From NCBI GenBank assembly GCA_002269645.1, contig NIVC01001848.1:166442-230441 (forward strand): a stretch of DNA of 64,000 nt, read 5' to 3'. How positions within the stretch are numbered: position 1 is the first letter of the stretch; the number at the start of each line of letters is the position of its first letter. The notes beneath the pieces are model-generated. The model was not told where the DNA came from, made no database searches, and saw nothing but the letters and a program-made list of their open reading frames with translations. This document shows, in pieces, positions 25,684 through 38,300 of the stretch. The translations under genes and the position numbers were made by a program. The DNA comes from Macrostomum lignano. Taxonomy: Eukaryota.

Positions 25684-28600
25684 GTAAGATCTGCATTTTC
25701 TTGCATTTTTTCTCTCTTTCGGCGTCCACATGTAGCAAAACGCGTCAAGGTTTCAATTAGAAAATTTAGAAATCGATTCATTGATAGCAGGACACAACCA
25801 ATCCTTTTGGGAAATCGTTTCCCGGTGGCATAGAGGCGCGCTTCAACTGGCGTCTACTCCCTAGTTGGACTTTTTCCCCAAAATATTTTCCTCTCTAGAA
25901 ATGCAATTTCAAGTCTGGGCAAGACCTTGTGGGACTGAGACTTCAAAACCGAGCAACCAGGAATTGCTGCGAGTCTAAGCGAGAAATAAGGAATCATTCT
26001 GAGTCACTAAAAATCTCAAAAGGCCGTGGGGAATCACTGAGTCTCGGAAAGCAGTGGGGTGTCACTGAGAGTCTCAAAAAGCTGTGGGGAGTCACTGAGA
26101 GTCTCAGAAAGCAGTGGGGAGTCACTGAGAGTCTCAGAAAGCAGTGGGGAGTCACTGAGAGTCTCAGAAAGCAGTGGGGTGTCACTGAGAGTCTCAGAAA
26201 GCAGTGGGGTGTCACTGAGAGTCTCAGAAAGCAGTGGGGAGTCACTGAGAGTCTCAAAAAGCAGTGGGGAGTCACTGAGAGTCTCAGAAAGCATTTGGAA
26301 TCACTGAGAGTCTCAAAAGGCACTTAAGAATCACTGAAAATCTCAGAAAGCAGTGGGGAGTCACTGAGAGTCTCAAAAAGCAGTGGGGAGTCACTGAGAG
26401 TCTCAGAAGGCAGTGGGGAGTCACTGAGAGTCTCAAAAAGCAGTGGGGAGTCACTGAGAGTCTCAAAAAGCAGTGGGGAGTCACTGAGAGTCTTAGAAGG
26501 CAGTGGGAGTCACTGAGAGTCCTGGAAAGCAGTGGAAAATGTTTAAAAGCCTCAGTGTACACAGGTGAATAATAGATTATCTAATACCCTTTAATTCCAG
26601 ACCCCAATGATCCTAGCCAGTCTCCCGGATGCTCGGAGTCCTGCGCTATGATGAGATTTGGCGTCAGTCTTGGATTCCAGGCCGTCTGGCGCCATGACCT
26701 GGCGCGCCCGCAGAGCGGCGCTTTTCGAAAAGCGGCCGCGCCGATAGAAACGGCTCTGGAGGCCGCCTTCAAGGCGTATCCGGGCGAGCAGACCGCTCGA
26801 GTTGTCAGCTTCAGGTTTGAGTCGGCCTCTTCATTGTGATCTGAGGGATGGGACTTGGATAGGCCTGCAGACAACGGAGTGACAGAGCTGAGACAGTGGA
26901 GTGACAGACAGGACAGTAGAAATTACAGGCCGGAAAAAAAAGTGAAATTCAAGACAGTGGAGTGAAATGCAATACATCAGAGTGAAATGCAAGACAGCGG
27001 AGTGAAATGCAAGACAGCGGAGTGAAATGCAAGACAGCGGAGTGAAATGCAAGACAGTGGGGTGAAATGCAAGACATCAGAGTGAAATAGAAGACATCGG
27101 AGTGAAATGGAAGACAGCGGAGTGAAATAGAAGACAGTGGAGTGAAATAGAAGACAGCGGAGTGAAATGCAAGACAGTGGAGTGAAATGCCCGACAGTGG
27201 AGTGAAATGCAAGACATCAGAGTGAAATGCCCGACAGTGGAGTGAAATGCAAGACATCAGAGTGAAATTTAAGACAGCAGAGTGAAATGCAAGACAGTGG
27301 AGTGAAATGCAAGACATCAGAGTGAAATGCAAGACATCAGAGTGAAATGCCCGACAGTGGAGTTAAATGCAAGACATTAGAGTGAAATGCAAGACATCAG
27401 AGTGAAATGCAAGACATCAGAGTGAAATTCAAGACAGTGGAGTAAAATGGAAGACATCGGAGTGAAATGGAAGACATCGGAGTGAAATAGAAGACATCGG
27501 AGTGAAATGGAAGACAGTGGAGTGAAATGGAAGACAGTGGAGTGAAATGGAAGACATCGGAGTGAAATGCCCGACAGTGGAGTTAAATGCAAGACATTAG
27601 AGTGAAATGCAAGACATCAGAGTGAAATGCAAGACATCAGAGTGAAATTCAAGACAGTGGAGTAAAATGGAAGACATCGGAGTGAAATGGAAGACATCGG
27701 AGTGAAATAGAAGACATCGGAGTGAAATGGAAGACAGTGGAGTGAAATGGAAGACAGTGGAGTGAAATGGAAGACATCGGAGTGAAATGCCCGACAGTGG
27801 AGTTAAATGCAAGACATCAGAGTGAAATGCAAGACATCAGAGTGAAATGGAAGACATCAGAGTGAAATGGAAGACATCAGAGTGAAATGGAAGACAGCGG
27901 AGTGAAATGCAAGACAGTGGAGTGAAATGGAAGACATCGGAGTGAAATGGAAGACATCGGAGTGAAATAGAAGACATCGGAGTGAAATGGAAGAGAGCGG
28001 AGTGAAATGGAAGACAGTGGAGTGAAATGGAAGACATCGGAGTGAAATGCCCGACAGTGGAGTTAAATGCAAGACATCAGAGTGAAATGCAAGACATCAG
28101 AGTGAAATGGAAGACATCAGAGTGAAATGGAAGACATCAGAGTGAAATGGAAGACAGCGGAGTGAAATGCAAGACATCAGAGTGAAATGGAAGACATCAG
28201 AGTGAAATGGAAGACATCAGAGTTAAATGCAAGACATCAGAGTGAAATGCAAGACATCAGAGTGAAATGGAAGACATCAGAGTGAAATGGAAGACATCAG
28301 AGTGAAATGCAAGACAGTGGAGTGAAATGGAAGACATCGGAGTGAAATGGAAGACATCGGAGTGAAATAGAAGACATCGGAGTGAAATGGAAGAGAGCGG
28401 AGTGAAATAGAAGACAGCGGAGTGAAATGGAAGACAGCGGAGTGAAATGGAAGACATCAGAGTGAAATGGAAGACATCGGAGTGAAATGGAAGACATCAG
28501 AGTGAAATGGAAGACATCGGAGTGAAATGGAAGACATCGGAGTGAAATGCAAGACAGCGGAGTGAAATGGAAGACAGCGGAGTGAAATGGAAGACATCAG

Positions 28601-30896
28601 AGTGAAATGGAAGACATCGGAGTGAAATGGAAGACATCGGAGTGAAATGCAAGACAGTGGAGTGAAATAGAAGACAGCGGAGTGAAAAAGAAGACAGCGG
28701 AGCGAAATAGAAGACATCGGAGTGAAATGCAAGACAGTGGAGTGAAATAGAAGACAGCGGAGTGAAATAGAAGACAGCGGAGCGAAATAGAAGACATCGG
28801 AGTGAAATGGAAGACAGCGGAGTGGAATGAAAGACAGTGGAGTGAAATGGAAGACATCGGAGTGAAATGGAAGACATCGGAGTGAAATGGAAGACAGCGG
28901 AGTGAAATAGAAGACATCGGAGTGAAATAGAAGACATCGGAGTGAAATAGAAGACATCAGAGTGAAATAGAAGACAGCGGAGTGAAATAGAAGACATCGG
29001 AGTGAAATAGAAGACATCGGAGTGAAATAGAAGACATCGGAGTGAAATAGAAGACAGTGGAGTGAAATGCAAGACATCAGAGTGAAATGCAATACAGCGG
29101 AGTGAAATGGAAGACATCGGAGTGAAATGGAAGACAGCGGAGTGAAATAGAAGACATCCGAGTGATATCACCGCTAGAGATTGAACTTGTGACCTTTGCC
29201 AAAATCAGAGGACAAATTGAAACCCATGAAGTGCTTATGGACTCAAAGCTACCTATACAAGAAATGCTCAGGCGTGCTTGAACTAGACAGAAATGTAAAA
29301 TAGCCATCACTTTTAGACTCCAAGCAAAAGAAGGAGATGGCTGGATATGAACTGGATATAATCTGGAAATAGCATGATAAAAGAGACTTATTTCGGCACC
29401 CCAGTGTCGGCTGTCGGCTGCACTTTGAAGTTTGAGTTTGAATATTTATTATCTCTATTTTACCTGCTCCAGCCTGTGAAAGTTTCAGTCTTTGTTCCTG
29501 TTTACTGCGGCCTGCAGCAGCAACTGACCGCTTCTTCTCCGCTTGAAGCAAATAAAAAACAGAAACTAGTTTGCAAAACCTTACTTTGAATGAAGAACAC
29601 GCATTGGAGTGCCCCGGAACTTCGAACACGGTTTTCTTACCATATTTTTCTGTTTCTGTGTGTCTCCTGTCACAGCTGGATGAGTTTAAAAAAGAGATTT
29701 TTTTCTCTGGCTCTGTCTGCCTTGCGGCCGAACTTGAAAGACTGCACAGTCTTCTATCGGTGAATGCAAGGTTTAAATTAGACATGATACATGTAGTAGC
29801 GTCCATTTTGTATCATTCAGTGTGCTATTTGATATCTTTGGGTGCCATTTTGAAGCATCAGATTTTTTGTCCCCATTCAGATGCCGGTTTGTAGTGTGGC
29901 TATATTTTCTATAGCATAAGGTGTCACTTTTTTGTTCGGTGCCATTTTGTACCAATTTGGTGCCATTTTGCCTAATTCAGGTGCCATTTTGTCTAATTCA
30001 GGTGCCATTTTGCCCAATTCAGGTGCCATTTTGCCTAATTCAGGTGCCATTTAGCCCAATTCAGGTGCCATTTAGCCCAATTCAGGTGCCATTTTGCCCA
30101 ATTCAGATGCCATTTTGCCCAATTCAGGTGCCATTTAGCCCAATTCAGGTGCCATTTAGCCCAATTCAGGTGCCATTTAGCCCAATTCAGGTGCCATTTT
30201 GCCCAATTCAGGTGCCATTTTGCCCAATTCAGGTGCCATTTTGCCCAATTCAGGTGCCATTTTGTTTAATTCAGGTGCCATTTTGCCCAATTCAGGTGCC
30301 ATTTTGCCCAATTCAGGTGCCATTTTGTCCAATTCAGGTGCCATTTTGCCCAATTCAGGTGCCATTTTGCCCAAGCTAGGCCCCAGCCTGTGCATAATTA
30401 AATTATTAACAAATCGGAGGAGTGAACTTTTTGGCTTACTAGTAAAAAACCGATTTAAGCATTACAATCCTCACCTATCATTTATTGCATACTTAATCAT
30501 TTTTTCGACCATTCATTCGCTGCACTCGATGAATTATGGGGGGGGGAGACATCAAAAGTCGATCGGCTAGCGCCAATTTAGCTTCAGCTGAGCAAGGCGG
30601 GGCCGGGGGCTGCGCAGGGAAGGTGCAGAAGAGAGTTTGACTTGCACAGCCAGGTTTCTGCTGTTTCAACTCTGCTGCGGTGGCTTGACTCTGGTTGCGC
30701 TTTCATTACTGGCTGGAAAATTGAATTGGAGACCCGCTCCGCTAGGCACTCATTTAGCCAGAGTGGCGACGGGGAGGCATTGGGAGAATTCTCCCCCCCC
30801 CCAGAACCATCAGAGCCTGTGAAAAGTTGCGCCTCCTCTTAGTAACATTACTTTTACAGTAGATAGCTAGATAAATAAATAAATAAATAAATAAAC

Positions 30897-30975
<79 letters not shown>

Positions 30976-31080
30976 CAGATAGACAGATAGATAGATAGAT
31001 AGATAGACAGATAGATAGATAGACAGATAGACAGATGGATAGATAGATAGATAGACAGATAGATAGATAGACAGATAGAC

Positions 31081-31123
<43 letters not shown>

Positions 31124-31124
31124 C

Positions 31125-31180
<56 letters not shown>

Positions 31181-34100
31181 GGATAGATAGATAGATAGAC
31201 AGATAGACAGATGGATAGATAGATAGATAGACAGATAGACAGATGGATAGATAGATAGATAGACAGATAGATAGATGGACAGATGAGTGACTTACTCATT
31301 ACTAGTTTTCTCACAGCCCAACTCCATCAGGTTGGCTGCCATCCTGACAGCTCCCCTTCTCTCTCATTGAGCCCGGCGTCCAGCGCTTTTCTAACTCAAG
31401 ATCCAGGAACTCAGCACCAACCTCTGACTTGACTTGAGTAGGCCCTGAGTAAGGGGGGAGGTGAGCACAGCGAGGAGAGCGGAGTGATGCGTGGCTGGCA
31501 GCCTGAGGAAAATGGTCTGAAGTGGCGGCAGACGCCGGCCCGCCATGCCTGCAGTCATTTCTAATTCGCTCGCTCTCCATCTCCTGCATTTCCCTTTCCT
31601 GCTCAGAGCCAGAGAGTGGAGCCTCATCTAGGCTCTCCCAGAATCTCTCGCTGAGACATCACGCCTCATTAGTGTTCGCTGAGCACTGCCCGCCTTCACT
31701 CCTTCTCCTCCTCTCTCGTCCACCTCTCTCAGTTTTCCATTTCCCCAACAAAAATATATATATTTGGCTGTGAGAGAGGTTGGGGCATCCGGCCTAGAGA
31801 GTAGGAATGATGACGCTTCGCAACGTAGCTGCTCAATGATGCTGGCTGCTGTTTGGTTGTTGGGTCATGATTGATATAATCCAGTGACTTTTATCAGCGT
31901 TGGTGAGACCCGGCATAACCATCTTGTTTTTTTGCTTTAATTAGCTGAAACCAGGTCTGGTAGCGATGGACTGAACTGAGGGTCTGGTAGCGATGGACTC
32001 AACTGAGGGTCTGGTAGCGATGGACTCAAATGAGGGTCTGGTAGCGATGGACTCAAATGAGGGTCTAGTGACGATGGACTCAACTGAGGATCTGGTAGAC
32101 ATGGACTCAACTGAGGATCTGGTAGCGATGGATTAAACTGAGGATCTGGTAGCGATGGACTAAGCTGAGGGTCTGGTAGCGATGGACTGAACTGAGGGTC
32201 TGGTAGCGATGGACTCAACTGAGGGTCTGGTAGCGATGGACTCAACTGAGGGTCTGGTAGCGATGGACTCAACTGAGGGTCTGGTAGCGATTGTCAAAGC
32301 TGAGGGTCTGGTAGCGATTGTCAAAGCTGAGGGTCTGGTAGCGATTGTCAAAGCTGAGGGTCTGGTAGCGATTGTCAAAGCTGAGGGTCTGGTAGCCGTC
32401 TAACGCTCAACTCCTAAATCAGAGGATTAACAAATGCTCAATTTACTGTTGCTCAGTCACTCAGTAGGCGCAGCAATTCCGCAATTTACAGGAAAGGCTC
32501 CATTGTTGCCGAGGCGTTGGTCATCTCGGTGGGCCATCCGAAGGAGCTGGCGACTGACTATCGGGGGCTGAAGCAGGCTCTGGATGCTCGTCTGCTGGGC
32601 GGCAGCTTTGCTGGCATGCGGCTGCTGCCGGCTCACTACAGATTCTGGCGGCTGGGTGAGCACTGCGGCTGGCATTCGTTGCGATGACAACTGGAGCCGT
32701 TATAATTTTCAATGGCATTCAGTAGTCTGACTTCATTTTACATCATTAATTCCCGACCTTTGCCTCCTTTTGCTCCTCACTCCAGTCGCTGAATTCTCCA
32801 CCCCGGTTTCTCAATTCCCCATCTCGGTTTCTGAATTCCCCATCTCGGTTTCTGAATTCCCCATCTTGGTTTCTCAATTTCTTACCTCGGTTTCTGAATT
32901 CCCCATTTTTGGTTTCTGAATTCCCAATTCGGTTTCTCGATTCCCCACCTCGGTTTATAAATTCCCCACCTCGGTTTCTGAATTCCCCATCTCGGTTTCT
33001 GAATTCCCACCTCGGTTTATAAATTCCTCATCTCGGTTTCTGAATTCCCCATCTTGGTTTCTGAATTTCCCATCTCGGTTTATAAATTTCCTATCTCGGT
33101 TTCTGAATTCCCCATCTCGGTTTATGAATTCCCCATATCGGTTTCTAAATTCCCCATCTCGGTTTCTCAATTCCCCATTTCGGTTTCTCAATTTCCCACC
33201 CCGGTTTCTCAACTCCCCACCCCAGTTACTCAATTCCCCATCTCGGTTACTCAATTCTCTGCAGAGTTGTTGTTTATTAAAGCATCACTCCAGCACTGCA
33301 ATTTTCCTGTTTCCTTTTCACAGAAACAACAGCTGAGGCGCCACCAGCTGCCAGTTCAGCAACGCCTCTACCGTCTGGGAATCGCATTTTTGTGAGTGAG
33401 AATATTCGAGAGAATGCCTAGCTTATTACTCTGAGTAGAGCGTTGTGTTGCAAATTTAAATTTCTAGTGAGAATTAAAAATCGAGAATAGTCTATCACTT
33501 TCCTAAGATTTCTGCTTTATCAAATTGCATCGTACGCTCTAGCAACTGTACTGTCTCCATAGCAACTGTGCCGTCCTCCCTAGCAACTGTACCCTCTCCA
33601 TAGGAACTGTACCGTCCTCCCTAGCAACTGTACCGTCTCCATAGAAACTGTGCCGTCCTCCCTAGCAACTGTACCCTCTCCATAGAAACTGTGCCGTCCT
33701 CCCTAGCAACTGTACCGTCTCCATAGCAACTGTACCGTCTCCATAGAAATTGTGCCGTCCTCCCTAGCAACTGTACCCTCTCCATAGAAACTGTGCCGTC
33801 CTCCCTAGCAACTGTACCCTCTCCATAGAAACTGTGCCGTCCTCCCTAGCAACTGTACCCTCTCCATAGAAACTGTGCCGTCCTCCCTAGCAACTGTACC
33901 GTCTCCATAGCAACTGTACTGTCTCCATAGCAACTGTACCGTCTCCATAGCAACTGTGCCGTCCTCCCTAGCAACTGTACGGTTTCCATAGAAACTGTAT
34001 CGTCCTCCATAGCATCTGTACCCCTCTCTGCAAATTTATTGTTTGCCCTAGCAACTGTACCGTCTTTCTTAGAAACTGTACCTCCAACCTTAGTAACTGT

Positions 34101-35311
34101 ACTCTCTTTGCACGCCACATGTAGACCCTAGCAACACAGAATCAATTTCTGAAAAATATAGTGCATTGAGGCTGAGGAGCAAATTGCACATCCGGTGAGT
34201 AGTGCAAGACAGACAGCTGATGATGATGAGGAAGGGTCGCGGACTCTGGGGAATGCGAGAGCCGGCCGGCGGATGGCGAGTGGCAGCTGGTGACGGCCCT
34301 GCGGCAACAGTGACAGATCAATAACCCGATCTCTCTCGGTCTCTCGGACGGGATAGACGCGATCGAGAAGAGCGAGAGGAGAGTGAGGGAGAGAAGAGAG
34401 AGCTAGGGTGCGGATAGATAAGCTATAGGGACAAAAATACGCGACGCGGCCAGGTCCCGTGGGCGGCTAGCAGCTGATTTTGCCAATCAATTTGCCAAAT
34501 TGCCATTCCGCTCAGATCTCTGATCTCTCTGTGCCTGCCTCTCCCCCTCTCTCTCGCTTCCTTTTTTGAGACGCGGGATCCCCAGGGGATTCTCTCTCAC
34601 GACCCGGGTCTCCAGAGGAGGTGTGGAAAAGACGGTTATTACTGTTGACGCCAGGAATTATTTGTCATGAATATTGTTCAAAACTGTATAGATTAGCTGA
34701 TGGGTTACAAATTTATCAACTGGAGCTGTCGTCACTCCTCATATGGGGAATGGGGGGGGGGTTTTAGTGCCGAAAATCTGACTTACATGTAATTTGGCAT
34801 CCTGGCATATCGTTTTGGTGCCACTGAACCCAACGTTGTACGAGTATAAAGTAACAGCTTAGCACAGATTTGGCATCTCTTAGACCTTAGCTATACCAAT
34901 TTTGCGTCCCTAGCAACCGTCTTGGCGCCTCTAGGAAAATATTTGGCAAACCTTGGCAACCGATTTTGTGACCCTAGAAACCGATTTGGTGGCCCTAGCA
35001 ACCGATTTTGTGGCCCTAGCAACCGATTTGGTGGCCCTACCAACGGATTTAGTGGACCTAGCAACCGCGGTTTGGAGTCCCTAACCAAAGAATTAGGCAA
35101 CCTTAGCAACCAATTTTGTGACCCTAAGCAACCGATTTAGGTGCCCCTAGCAACCGATATGGGAACCTTTTAATTGTTTGCTTAGAGACGCCTTTTTTGG
35201 CTGGAACAAAAGGACTGTATAGTACGCAATAAAAATCCCTTGCATTCTGAGAGACCGAATGAGTCAACGTCCGGAACAGGATGACTCCAGCCCAAATTGC
35301 TTTTGCATCTT

Positions 35312-35394
<83 letters not shown>

Positions 35395-38300
35395 CATCGC
35401 TGGTTGCTCAAGTTGGTCGACTAAAGAAAAACTTACACTTCAAGTAATTTCCCTGCAGAGTGAGGCCTGGCTGAATGAGTCACTGGGCTGCTCAAAATGG
35501 GAATGGGAACTCACAGAAGACGTGGGAGGATTGGGATATTGGCAATTGGGAAACAGAAGAGGATTGGGAGAATGGCAATTAGGGAACAGAAGAGGATTGG
35601 GAGAATGGCAATTAGGGAACAGAAGAGGATTGGGAGAATGGGAATTCGGGAACAGAAGAGGATTGGGAGAATGGGAAATGAGGAACTGGCAGAAAGGAAT
35701 CGGGAGAATGGGAATTGGGGAACTGGCAGAAGAGGATCGGGAGAATGGGAAATGAGGAACTGGCAGAAGAGGATCGGGAGAACGGGAATTGGGGAACTGG
35801 AAGAAGAGAATCGGGAAAATTGGAATTGGGGATCTGGAAGAAGACACGGGAAGATCAAGAGAACCAGAAATGGGAAGGAGAAGGATAGGATTGGTATTAA
35901 ACAAGGGGAAAGCAATTGAGAAAGAAAACAGCGGAGACCAGGTAGATGAAGGTTGGGTTTAGCGAAAGCTTATAAGAAGATATTTTTCAAAGAACTGAAA
36001 GAGAAAGAGAAGAGAAATTGCTTCTAGGGGCAGAGTATCGCAAATCTGAGAGCTCTGGCGCTCATGTCCCGCAGCAGTGCCTTTATCGCTGTGCCTGTCA
36101 GACTGGCTTTAGATGCAGAATTTGGCCCAGCTTCCCGCCGCATCAGCTTATTGCATAATCTTACAGCTGTAGCGGAGCCCGAGTAAGGCCGGGCAAATCT
36201 GATTACAGTGAAGAATCCTGCAGCTAAAGCTTTGAGGATAAAGAGGAGAATTTCTGAATTAGCAATCATGCTTTTATTTCGATAATCCCCTATAGAGCTA
36301 CATGCTAAACCGATCTGAGCTGGGAGGGGGGGGGTTACTTGGCAGATGGGCTTTCAGAGCATGCAGCGCATTTCTCATCTAAATCGACGCCATCGACACC
36401 CAAAATCGACGCCACTGACACCCAAAATCGACGCCACTGACACCCAAAATCGACGCCACTGACACCCAAAATCGACGCCACCGACACCCAAAATCGATGC
36501 CACCGACACCCAAAATCGACGCCACCGACACCCAAAATCGATGCCACCGAAATTCAAAATCGACGCAACCGACACCCAAAATCGACGCCACTGACATCCA
36601 AAATCGATGCCACCGACACCCAATATCGACGCCACTGACACCCAAAATCGACGCCACTGACACCCAAAATCGACGCCACTGACATCCAAAATCGACGCCA
36701 CTGACACCCAAAATCGACGCCACCGACACCCAAAATCGACGTCACCGAAATTCAAAACCGACGCAACCGACACCCAATATCGACGCCACTGACACCCAAA
36801 ATCGACGCCACTGACACCCAAAATCGACGCCACCGACACCCAAAATCGACGCCACCGACACCCAAAATCGATGCCACCGAAATTCAAAATCGACGCAACC
36901 GACACCCAAAATCGACGCCACTGACATCCAAAATCGACGCCACCGACACCCAAAATCGATGCCACCGAAATTCAAAATCGACGCAACCGACACCCAAAAT
37001 CGACGCCACTGACATCCAAAATCGATGCCACCGACACCCAATATCGACGCCACTGACACCCAAAATCGATGCCACTGACACCCAAAATCGACGCCACCGA
37101 CACCCAAAATCGACACGCCACTGACATAAAAAACCGACGCCACGTACACCCAGAATCGACGCCACCGACAACCAATATCGACGCCACCGAGCTCCCATAA
37201 TCGGCGAGACTGACACCTCGAGGGTGGAGGCACTTCAAGGAAGCCTTCAAAAGATTTGCTACAAGCAAGAGGAGTTTTTGTACAGGGATTTTACTGCAGT
37301 AAACAGCCCACAATTCGTGTTGGGGCCGCCAAGCATTGAATTTATCAATTATTACCAGAGCCTGATGGCCTCATTGAGAAGTCACACAGCTCTCAAAATG
37401 CGATTTGACAGCTGGCATTTAGAGCTGAGGGTTCTCACGCATGGTATTAATACCTCTTCTGCTTAAACGGTGTACTCTTACTGTGAGCTAAATAGGACAG
37501 CCGAGAGCTGCGATCGTGTTTGGGTCAATCTATAAATTACTCTCGTCTTTACTAGACTTTTTAAAAACCACTTCCTGCTTTCTATAGTTTGAGCATTTAA
37601 ACTCGACGAGGGCTGCTTCTTCTGGTGTGGGGTGGGGATTACACAAGGCCTCACAGTATTGGCTGATGGAGCCTTTAGATCGATTGCAGTGAGTGAGTAT
37701 ATAATAGCACCCCCTGCACGTCTATCATAAAAGGCATATTTTTCTCCAGTTCTCAACAAGGTACTCAAACTTGGCACGGAACAATTTTCAACTTCGCAAA
37801 CTTCTGACTCTGTTTTTAGACCGAAAATTCTGCAAGGCTGGTCGGTACGAGACGAGAGGGTGAGAGAAATTTATAAAAATGTCTGCATGTCTTTCAAACT
37901 ACGCGCTGTGAAATTCAGTAGAATTGAGTTCCAATCTTACATGTACTGCGAAGTAGATCGAGTCCATCATCCCAAATCCAGTCCCATCATCTCAAATCGA
38001 GTCCCATCATCTCAAATCGAGTCCCATCATCTCAAATCGAGTCCATCATCTCAAATCGAGTCCCATCATCCCAAATCCAGTCCCATCATCTCAAATCGAG
38101 TCCCATCATCCCAAATCCAGTCCCATCATCCCAAATCGAGTCCCATCATCCCAAATCCAGTCCCATCATCCCAAATCGAGTCCCATCATCTCAAATCGAG
38201 TCCCATCATCCCAAATCGAGTCCCATCATCCCAAATCAAGTCACATCATCCAAAATCCAGTCCCATCATCCCAAATCGAGTCCCATCATCCCAAATCGAG

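Noticed and set aside
29160-29282. [10 protein letters not shown]...PIQEMLRRA as the second half of the SEA domain
   Set aside because: No suitable acceptor, ends in a stop; exon 32492-32655 fits far better.
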